Shown one piece after another: positions 56,970 to 64,000 of a DNA stretch of 64,000 nt. How positions within the stretch are numbered: the first letter of the stretch is position 1; each line of letters opens with the position of its first letter. The DNA comes from Candidatus Uhrbacteria bacterium (lineage in GTDB: Bacteria; Patescibacteriota; Patescibacteriia; UBA9934; GWF2-40-263), in the NCBI GenBank assembly GCA_016188425.1, contig JACPHX010000003.1:18606-82605 (forward strand), read 5' to 3'. Made by a program: the position numbers and the translations under genes. Below the pieces are notes generated by a model, which had not been told where the DNA came from, ran no database searches, and was given only the letters and a program-made list of their open reading frames with translations.

Positions 56970-58682
56970 CTACATCTCCCGCACGGGCTTCATCCCCAGG
57001 ATGGAAAAACCGTTTTCAAGGACCCGAGAGACAACAGCACACAAAGCGAGGCGCCCCGCACGGACGTCCTTGTCCTCGGCCTGGACGATCGGCAGGCGGC
57101 CGTAAAGGTCGGAGAAGGCCTGGCAGAGGGTGAAGAGATGAAGGGTCAGCAATTCTGGCGCATAGTGAGCCGCGGCGGTACGCACGACGTCCGGATACGA
57201 CCCCAGCAACATGAGGAGCGCATGCTCTGCCGGGTCTTTGAGTGCCGCCACCATTTCCGGTTTGATCTTCTCCCGGCCCGCCCTTTTGCGCACGCTTTGG
57301 ATACGGGCATAGGTATACAGGAGATACGGGCCAGTCCTTCCCTCAAACGAGAGGGCCTTCTGCGTATCAAACGTCAGCGCCTTTTTCCGATCCTGGTCGA
57401 GCATGGTAAACCGCATGGCCGTGAAGGCGATGGCATGGGCCACGTCGCGCACCTGGGCGTCGGTCCAATCCGCATGACGGTCACGCGTGCTCGTCTGCGC
57501 GGCCTCAAGCAGCTTGTCGCGTAAATCCTCGTAGCGCGGCACATTCCCCTTCCGGCTGGAGATCGCCCCTTCCTTCATCGAGACATGGGCGTAGGAGATG
57601 TGGCTGTATTCTTTTTCGTGACCGAGTTTCTTTAAGCTCGCGAAAAGCTGCTTGAACACAAGCGCCTGGCGGTCGTCGACGACGATGAGGTTGCGATGCG
57701 GATGAACGTCTGATTCTTTCTCATAGGCAAGCGCCAAGTCCTTTGCGTTATACAAAAGCGTGCCGTCAGATTTGACCAACAGGTTCACGCCGAGTTTTTC
57801 CGTCTCCAAATCGATGATCCACGCTCCTTGGCTATGCGTCACCACTCCCTTCTTGATCCCCTCGTCGATGATCTCTTTCGCCGGCTTGATCATCTCGCTC
57901 TCGTAGTACTTCCGGTCGATGACAAGACCAAGCTCGTCGTACACCTTGTGAAGGTACTCAAGCGACCAGGCGCGCGTCTCCTGCCAGAGCGGGAGCAACG
58001 GCCCCTTCATCTCTTCCAGGTCTCGATGGATCGCGGAAATGACTTCCTTCACCCGTGCGTCCGCTTCCGATGTTTTCACTGCTTCCGCGTATTTTGCCCC
58101 GAGGTAGACCATCCGTTCCGTCGCATCCACTGGTGGCGTGCCACGATCGTTGGAGATGGCCCATAAACAGGCGGCCACATGTGCGCCCAGGTCGTTGATG
58201 TAGTAACACGGGATCACGTCGTATCCGTTCGCTTTCAAAAGGGAGATAAGCGAGAATCCCAAAAACAAATTCCGCAAATGCCCGACATGGACATCCTTGT
58301 GCGTGTTGAGGTTGGCATACTCGACCAACACCCGTATCCCCTTCCCGATGTCGTTGCTGCCGTAGTTCTCCCCCTCCTCGTGGATACGATTGACGACTTC
58401 CACGCCAAACGTCTGGTTGGAAAGGAAAAAATTCACATACGATCCCGCCGCGCGGATGTCGACAAGGTATTCCTTCGGGTTCATCTTAGCCGCGATCTCA
58501 CTCGCCATCTCGTTCGGCGGTTTCCCCTGCGCCTTCGCGACCGCAAAACACGGAAACGCCAAATCCCCCATCGCCACATCGGGCGCAGGGGCAAGATCAT
58601 CCATGCTCGGCGCGAACTCTTTGCCGATGGCAGCTTTGAGATCGCGGAGGATTTGTTGTTTGGCCAGCAAGAGCACGTCCAT
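56970..58682 (-). CDS. argS: Arginine--tRNA ligase
   Basis: Class I aaRS HVGH motif and C-terminal anticodon-binding domain. Start trimmed to MDVLLLAKQQIL. Confidence 0.85.
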   Translation of the reverse strand: MDVLLLAKQQILRDLKAAIGKEFAPSMDDLAPAPDVAMGDLAFPCFAVAKAQGKPPNEMASEIAAKMNPKEYLVDIRAAGSYVNFFLSNQTFGVEVVNRIHEEGENYGSNDIGKGIRVLVEYANLNTHKDVHVGHLRNLFLGFSLISLLKANGYDVIPCYYINDLGAHVAACLWAISNDRGTPPVDATERMVYLGAKYAEAVKTSEADARVKEVISAIHRDLEEMKGPLLPLWQETRAWSLEYLHKVYDELGLVIDRKYYESEMIKPAKEIIDEGIKKGVVTHSQGAWIIDLETEKLGVNLLVKSDGTLLYNAKDLALAYEKESDVHPHRNLIVVDDRQALVFKQLFASLKKLGHEKEYSHISYAHVSMKEGAISSRKGNVPRYEDLRDKLLEAAQTSTRDRHADWTDAQVRDVAHAIAFTAMRFTMLDQDRKKALTFDTQKALSFEGRTGPYLLYTYARIQSVRKRAGREKIKPEMVAALKDPAEHALLMLLGSYPDVVRTAAAHYAPELLTLHLFTLCQAFSDLYGRLPIVQAEDKDVRAGRLALCAVVSRVLENGFSILGMKPVREM

Positions 58683-58683
58683 A

Positions 58684-59889
58684 TCAAGCGATGATGCGTA
58701 AGAAATGGTGCTTCCCTTTTTGAAGAACGAACGGAGCCTTGGAAGGGTCGAGCTGCAGGTTCTCATCTGCTACAACTTTCTCCGCTATCTTCACCCCTCC
58801 TTGGCGGATGGTGCGGCGGGCGTCGGTTTTGGACGAGACGAGACCGCTCAAGACGAGGATGTCGATGATGGCGGCAGGGCCAGACAAACAGAATTCAGGC
58901 ATCTCGGAGGGTATTTCTCCTTTAGAGAAGGTCGAAACGAAGGCCTCTTTGGCACTCATGGCAGCTTGCTCCCCATCGAGGGACTTCACAAGCTCGAAGG
59001 CGAGGCGCATCTTGTGCTCCTTGGGGTTTGCGCCGTCGCCGATTTCGATATTGGCTTCTTTGATTTCTCCCATCGACATGTCGGTCAGCAATTCCATTCC
59101 GGGAACGATGAGCCCGTCGGGCCAGGACATCACCTTGCCGAACTTGTCGGCGGGTGCATCCATGAGGCGAACCATGTTCCCCCCGGTCTTGCCCATTTTC
59201 TTCCCCGTTGAGTCGACGAGGAGCTTGGTCGCGACCACAAATTTTTCCTTCCCTTTCACCGACTTCATGAGGTCGCGCCCCATGAGCATGTTGAAGGTTT
59301 GGTCATTGCCGCCGATCTCGCCGTCGACATCCATGGCGATGGAATCCTGGCCTTGCATGAGGGGGTAGAGAAACTCGTGGATGTAAATCGGTTTGTCGTC
59401 GTCGATGCGCTTCTGGAACATGTCGCGTTCCAACATCTGTTGGACGCTCGCATGCGACGCCAAATCAACGACGTCCGCAAAAGACATCTTTCCGAGCCAA
59501 TCCGCGTTGAATTTGATCTGCACGGGATTCTCTCCGCCGAAATCCAAAATCTTGCTGGCCTGTTGTTTGTATGCTTTGGCGTTGTCCATCACTTCCTCGG
59601 CCGTCAGGCGCTTACGAGCCGCCGACTTGTCTGTAGGGTCGCCGATCATCGCGGTGAAGTTGCCGATGAGGAGAATGACCTCATGGCCCAGACGCTGGAA
59701 CTCGCGCAGTTTGCGCAACTGGATGCTGTGGCCGATGTGGAGGTCGGTGCCCGTGGGGTCGATGCCGAGATAGAGACGAAGACGCTTACCTTCCTTGAGT
59801 CGCGCTTCGAGAAAATCGAAGGAGGGGTACACGTGCTCGACGCCGCGGGTGAGGAGATCGGTTATGAGCTGAGTGTCAATTGATGGCAT
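58684..59889 (-). CDS. tyrS: Tyrosine--tRNA ligase with C-terminal S4 domain
   Basis: HIGH motif (TDLHIGHSIQ), KMSKS motif (KMGKT), and a C-terminal S4-like domain. Start at MPSIDTQLI. Confidence 0.85.
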   Translation of the reverse strand: MPSIDTQLITDLLTRGVEHVYPSFDFLEARLKEGKRLRLYLGIDPTGTDLHIGHSIQLRKLREFQRLGHEVILLIGNFTAMIGDPTDKSAARKRLTAEEVMDNAKAYKQQASKILDFGGENPVQIKFNADWLGKMSFADVVDLASHASVQQMLERDMFQKRIDDDKPIYIHEFLYPLMQGQDSIAMDVDGEIGGNDQTFNMLMGRDLMKSVKGKEKFVVATKLLVDSTGKKMGKTGGNMVRLMDAPADKFGKVMSWPDGLIVPGMELLTDMSMGEIKEANIEIGDGANPKEHKMRLAFELVKSLDGEQAAMSAKEAFVSTFSKGEIPSEMPEFCLSGPAAIIDILVLSGLVSSKTDARRTIRQGGVKIAEKVVADENLQLDPSKAPFVLQKGKHHFLRIIA

Positions 59890-59894
59890 ATCTT

Positions 59895-59931
59895 GTTGTG
59901 TGGCCAAGTGGCACGCCCCTTGGCCACACAA
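59895..59931. other. Perfect 13-bp stem-loop between valS and tyrS, 6 nt upstream of the tyrS start codon on the minus strand
   Basis: ttgtgtggccaag - 11-nt loop - cttggccacacaa; no U-tract follows. Confidence 0.5.
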
Positions 59932-59953
59932 TATAAGAATCTGAATAAAACTA

Positions 59954-62602
59954 TTACAAGGATTGCAGCTGTCCCGCCAGCAAAGCCACCTTTTCCTGCG
60001 CCTCTGCAATCAACTTCTTCGTCTGTTCAATAATCTCCACCGGCGCGTTGGCGGCAAAATCCTTGTTCGCGAGACGAGCCGATGTCGAGGTGATATATTT
60101 CTGCGTCTGTTCCAGCTCTTTGGACAAACGCGCTAGCTCGGCCGCTGGGTCGATGAGTCCCGCCAGGTCGACATACACCGAAACCGTGCCCGCCATGGCG
60201 CAGGCCAATCCTTTCTGATGAAGTGGAGTTTCCAGGAACGTGAGCGACTCCGTCTTCCCCATCGTTTCAATGACGGCTGATTCTTCTTTGAGGATCGTCG
60301 CATCTTTTGCAAAGACAGACACGCGGACGCGCTGGCCTGGAGGGAGGCGATACAAGGAACGGAGCGTGCGGATCGAAGAGACGACGGACATGACTTGGTC
60401 GAATTCCATGACGGCCGGCGCGACCATCTCTTTGGGCCAAGCGGCAGCAAGCAACAAATCCTTGTTCCCCATTTTCTCCCAAATCACTTCCGTCACGAAC
60501 GGCATGAAAGGATGCCAAAGGCGGATAAGTTTATCCAAAACGTACAGCAATATCTTTTCTGTATTCGCAGATGACTGCGTTTTGGCAATTTCAAGATACC
60601 AATCAGCAAATTCCGACCAGGTAAACTCACGCAACGTTTCACCGGCGGCCGACAATTCGTAGGCGGCCAAATGACGCGTGACCAGATAATGAGTATTCGC
60701 GAGGCGAGCGATAATCCATGCGTCTGCGCGCGTGGCCGGCTCAACCTGTTCTGGAACCATCGTTTGTTCAACCTTCGTAAGAACAAACCGAGAAATATTC
60801 CACAGCTTATTCGTGAAATGTTTGTATCCCGCGATCTTCTCTTCGTTCAGTTTCGAATCATTCCCCGGCGTCGATCCAATCAAAAGCGACAACCGCGTCG
60901 CATCCGCACCGTACTTATTAATCATCTCCAAAGGATCGATAATGTTCCCCAGCGACTTGCTCATCTTCCTTCCCTTCTCATCGCGGACGAGTCCGTGCAA
61001 ATACGCATCCTTGAACGGAATGTCTCCGAGAAGATACGTCGTCATCAAAATCATCCGGGCGACCCAGAAAAAGAGGATGTCGTAGCCTGTTTCGAGAACC
61101 GTCGTCGGATGGAACGTTTTGAGATCGGATGTTTCATCTGGCCACCCAAGGGACGAGAATGTCCAAAGCCCGGAGGAAAACCAAGTGTCGAGGGTGTCGG
61201 AATCCTGTTCCCATCCATCCCCGGACGGCGCGATGCCCACCTGTATTTCCTGTCCTCCCCCCTCCCCCCTCCCCCCTCCCCCCTTGCAATACCAAACAGG
61301 TACCCTGTGACCAAACCAAATCTGACGGCTGATATTCCAGTCGCGGAGGTTATTGATCCAATGGAAGTACGTTTTTTCGAAACGTTCGGGGAGAATCTTG
61401 ATCTGTCCGTTCTTCACGACCGTCTGCATGAGCTGTTTGAGCGTGACCTGATCGCCCGCTTGGATGCCGTCGAGTTTAGATTGCCGCATTTTAAACGGCT
61501 TGTTCACATCGATGAACCACTGCTCCTTGATTTGCGGCTCGATAATGCCTTCCCCACGACTGTTTACCGCCACGCGGTGGATGTATTTCTCATCGACCTT
61601 CACGAGCAACCCTTTCTCTTCTAATTTTTTGACGATTTTCTTTCTCGCTTCCTTGATCGGAAGACCTGCAAACCCACCCGCGATTGGGAGAAGCTTACCC
61701 TCCATATCGATAACGGGTTCAATCGCGAGACCGTGTCGTTTGGCGATTTCAAAGTCGGTCGCGTCGTGTGATGGAGTGATCGTCATGACACCGCTCCCAA
61801 AAGCCATATCGATCGCCTCATCTTTGATGACCGTTGCGGTGATGGGGCCGTTGATCCATTCCAAATCGATCTGCTGACCGTCTTTGTACTGGGCGTACCG
61901 TTCATCATTTGGATGCATGACGACGTGTTTGTCACCAAATTTCGTCTCAGGACGAGACGTGGCGATGACGAACGGACCGTATTGGAAATAATAAAACGGG
62001 GCGCGTTCTTCTCTGTAATCGACTTCGTCGTCGGAAACGGTCGTCTGAAGCACGGGATCCCAATTCACTATTCGTTTCCCTCGATAGATGAGTCCGTCCT
62101 CATACATCCGTTTGAACGCCTCATTGACCGCCCGGTTACGAGCATTGTCCAATGTATATGCCTCGCGGGACCAATCGACGGAGGCGCCCATCTTTTTCAT
62201 CTGGTTGACGATGGTGTCGTGAGAATCGGAGGCGAACGTGCGGACGCGATCCAGAAACGCTTCACGCCCGAGGTCGTGGCGCGACTTCCCTTCCTCCATG
62301 AGAATCCCCTCGACTTTGCTCTGCGTGGCGATCGCCGCATGGTCGGTCCCTGGAAGCCAAAGGGTCTTCTTGCCTTGCATGCGCGCCGTGCGTGTCAGTA
62401 CATCCTCAACCGCCAGCATCACTGCGTGGCCCATGTGGAGGGTGCCGGTGACGTTTGGAGGGGGCAACATGATCGTAAAGGGCTCCTTCCTCTCCCCTGG
62501 AAGTTTGTCGGGATTAAAAAACCCGCTGTCCATTTCTTGTTTATAAATACGATCCTCATGCTCGGCTGCCTCGTACGCTTTGGGAAAGTCCTTTTCATCC
62601 AT
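59954..62602 (-). CDS. valS: Valine--tRNA ligase
   Basis: HMGH motif (GTLHMGHA), KMSKS, editing domain and C-terminal coiled coil. It carries a Gly-rich insertion encoded by a (CTCCCCC)4 repeat. Confidence 0.9.
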   Translation of the reverse strand: MDEKDFPKAYEAAEHEDRIYKQEMDSGFFNPDKLPGERKEPFTIMLPPPNVTGTLHMGHAVMLAVEDVLTRTARMQGKKTLWLPGTDHAAIATQSKVEGILMEEGKSRHDLGREAFLDRVRTFASDSHDTIVNQMKKMGASVDWSREAYTLDNARNRAVNEAFKRMYEDGLIYRGKRIVNWDPVLQTTVSDDEVDYREERAPFYYFQYGPFVIATSRPETKFGDKHVVMHPNDERYAQYKDGQQIDLEWINGPITATVIKDEAIDMAFGSGVMTITPSHDATDFEIAKRHGLAIEPVIDMEGKLLPIAGGFAGLPIKEARKKIVKKLEEKGLLVKVDEKYIHRVAVNSRGEGIIEPQIKEQWFIDVNKPFKMRQSKLDGIQAGDQVTLKQLMQTVVKNGQIKILPERFEKTYFHWINNLRDWNISRQIWFGHRVPVWYCKGGGGRGEGGGQEIQVGIAPSGDGWEQDSDTLDTWFSSGLWTFSSLGWPDETSDLKTFHPTTVLETGYDILFFWVARMILMTTYLLGDIPFKDAYLHGLVRDEKGRKMSKSLGNIIDPLEMINKYGADATRLSLLIGSTPGNDSKLNEEKIAGYKHFTNKLWNISRFVLTKVEQTMVPEQVEPATRADAWIIARLANTHYLVTRHLAAYELSAAGETLREFTWSEFADWYLEIAKTQSSANTEKILLYVLDKLIRLWHPFMPFVTEVIWEKMGNKDLLLAAAWPKEMVAPAVMEFDQVMSVVSSIRTLRSLYRLPPGQRVRVSVFAKDATILKEESAVIETMGKTESLTFLETPLHQKGLACAMAGTVSVYVDLAGLIDPAAELARLSKELEQTQKYITSTSARLANKDFAANAPVEIIEQTKKLIAEAQEKVALLAGQLQSL
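61255..61283. repeat. Tandem heptanucleotide repeat (CTCCCCC)x4 inside the valS coding sequence
   Basis: ctcccccctcccccctcccccctcccccc. On the coding strand it reads (GGGGGAG)4 and encodes KGGGGRGEGGGQ within a variable ValS loop. Confidence 0.6.
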
Positions 62603-62641
62603 ATGGGGAGTAGGATAGGAAAAAAATGAAGCATTGGCAAA

Positions 62642-62732
62642 CAGGGTCGCAAGTGTTTCAAGTGTCTCAAGGGTAGCAAGGGCACGTACTTCCGAATGCC
62701 CTTGAAACCCTCACCACCCTTCCCCTTGACCC
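62642..62732. repeat. CAAGGG-repeat hairpin element, copy 2, in the valS leader / divergent valS-DHH intergenic region
   Basis: cagggtcgcaagtgtttcaagtgtctcaagggtagcaagggc - 14-nt loop ending cgaat - gcccttgaaaccctcaccacccttccccttgaccc. Shares its core with the element at 1546-1645. Confidence 0.55.
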
Positions 62733-62768
62733 ACTTTCCTGCTCCCTGTACGCTCCTCCTCTTCTCCT

Positions 62769-63914
62769 ATGGCTCTTACACCCGTAGAACAAGCGTTTGA
62801 TGCTTTGTCTCGATCTAACCGGCCCCTCATTGTCCTCCCCGCTCATGCGGCCGAGGATGAGTTCGCGTCGGCGCTGGCGCTTGCAGAAAACGGCCGCGTG
62901 CAGAACAAAACCATTGAAATCGTCAGTGCCGCTTCTTTTCCCTCCTCGCTCTCTTTTTTGAAAAAAAACCAGGATATCCGTTCCTCGCTGGGCTCCCTGC
63001 GCCGATTCGCCCTGGAAGTCGACCTCTCCCGCGTCCCAATCCAGGAACTTTCCTATGAACAGAAGGAAGGGAAGCTCCGCGTCCTGCTCACGCCAAAATC
63101 AAACCTCTGGAAACAAGAAGAGGTAGCGATCAAGCCGGAATCCTATAAGCACGACCTCGTCATCGCGATCGGAACGCCTGATCGTGAGTCCTTGGGCCCC
63201 CTCTTTGCTGCCGAGCGCGATTTCTTCTTTGAGACGCCGACGATCCTCATCGATCACCGCCCCGAGAACAGCCGCTTCGGACACTACGACCTTGCGGACG
63301 TGACGGCCGCGTCGTGCGCGGAGGTCTGTTATCGGCTGCTGACGCACAAAGGCGCCAAGGTGAACGCCGACATCGCGACTTTGCTCCTCACTGGCATCAT
63401 CGCGAAGACCCGCAGTTTTACGAAGCCGCAGACAACCCCGCGGACGCTCGACATAGCGGGCGCGCTCATGTCCGCCGGCGCGGACCGCGACCGCATCGGC
63501 CACGAGCTGTTCCGCACGCGCTCGGTGGCGGACTTGCGCCTGTGGGGACGCGCGCTTGCGCGCCTTGTGCTCGAGAAAGACATTCCGCTGGTCTGGAGCG
63601 CCATCTCCCAACAAGATCTCCTCCAATCCGGCGTCCCGCATCCAGACCTTTCGACCCTCGCGCGCGAGCTCATGATGAGCTCCAAGGACGCGCGGCTCTC
63701 GCTCATATTCCTGGAAGAGGGTCCCCAGATGATCCGCGTATCGCTCCTCACCGAGGCGCCACTCGATGCCCGCCTCCTCCTGGAACCTTTCGGTGGCATC
63801 GGCCATCGAGAGGAAGCCAGGGCGACGATTACATCGACGATCAGCGACGCGGTAGAGCGCGTGCGGACGAGTGTGGCAGCAACGATGAAACGCCTGTATC
63901 CTTCTCAAACATAA
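62769..63914 (+). CDS. DHH/DHHA1 family phosphoesterase (NrnA-like), with the DHH motif as DHR
   Basis: ILIDHRPENS sits in the DHH motif position. The C-terminal GGIGH matches the DHHA1 GGGH motif. Confidence 0.7.
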   Translation: MALTPVEQAFDALSRSNRPLIVLPAHAAEDEFASALALAENGRVQNKTIEIVSAASFPSSLSFLKKNQDIRSSLGSLRRFALEVDLSRVPIQELSYEQKEGKLRVLLTPKSNLWKQEEVAIKPESYKHDLVIAIGTPDRESLGPLFAAERDFFFETPTILIDHRPENSRFGHYDLADVTAASCAEVCYRLLTHKGAKVNADIATLLLTGIIAKTRSFTKPQTTPRTLDIAGALMSAGADRDRIGHELFRTRSVADLRLWGRALARLVLEKDIPLVWSAISQQDLLQSGVPHPDLSTLARELMMSSKDARLSLIFLEEGPQMIRVSLLTEAPLDARLLLEPFGGIGHREEARATITSTISDAVERVRTSVAATMKRLYPSQT

Positions 63915-64000
63915 AACGGGGATCTCTCCCCGTTTTATGTTTGCTTATGGCGTGACAGGCGCTGGCTTGGGCGCCGGTACCGGTTTTGGAGTAGATGCTG

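Noticed and set aside
56191-57524. Plus-strand ORFs overlapping the bactofilin/argS region
   Set aside because: Antisense shadows of minus-strand host genes; Arg/Pro-rich.
63099-63955. Minus-strand ORFs 63099-63908 and 63329-63799, and the plus-strand 63314-63955 ORF
   Set aside because: They overlap the DHH phosphoesterase gene, which has DHH/DHHA1 motifs on the plus strand. Their translations are Arg-rich.

Overview
This window reads as about 8 kb of GC-rich host chromosome (groES-groEL, a minus-strand block with yidC, nusA, yraN and a SAM-MTase), then two tandem integrated elements, then more host genes (bactofilin, argS-tyrS-valS, a DHH phosphoesterase). I did not compute base composition; the GC-rich versus lower-GC contrast is a by-eye impression that should be recomputed per gene.

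Element 1, roughly 8.2-14.0 kb: tRNA-Leu(GAG) is followed by the C-terminal remnant of a serine integrase. An IS256-family insertion sequence interrupts it. Beyond that lie cargo genes for a GlnD-like nucleotidyltransferase, a 2H phosphoesterase and a Gp37/Gp68 protein.

Element 2, roughly 14.0-55.7 kb: a siphovirus-like prophage at tRNA-Val(TAC). Its large serine recombinase gene overlaps the tRNA 3' end. It carries an XRE repressor with a divergent promoter, RecT plus a PD-(D/E)xK exonuclease, a phage SAM synthetase (MetK), a DnaC-like loader, a ParB-DNA methyltransferase fusion, TerS/TerL, portal, head, tail and fibre genes, and an amidase-SLH endolysin.

Inside the prophage structural module sits a distinctly AT-rich moron of about 10 kb at 28.2-38.0 kb. 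It holds an XRE controller, a fused HsdM-HsdS, HsdR and a Cas4-like nuclease. Wedged between hsdMS and hsdR is a three-gene cassette: a TM protein, a cGAS/OAS-like Pol-beta nucleotidyltransferase, and an OLD/PARIS-like ABC-ATPase-TOPRIM protein. I flag that cassette as the most likely novel defence system.

Other signals: a CIRCE operator at groES, and a dispersed CAAGGG-repeat hairpin element upstream of both groEL and valS. A consensus promoter with an immediate terminator hairpin precedes the late capsid genes. There is a (CTCCCCC)4 repeat inside valS and a perfect 13-bp hairpin abutting the tyrS start. No CRISPR array or rRNA was seen.
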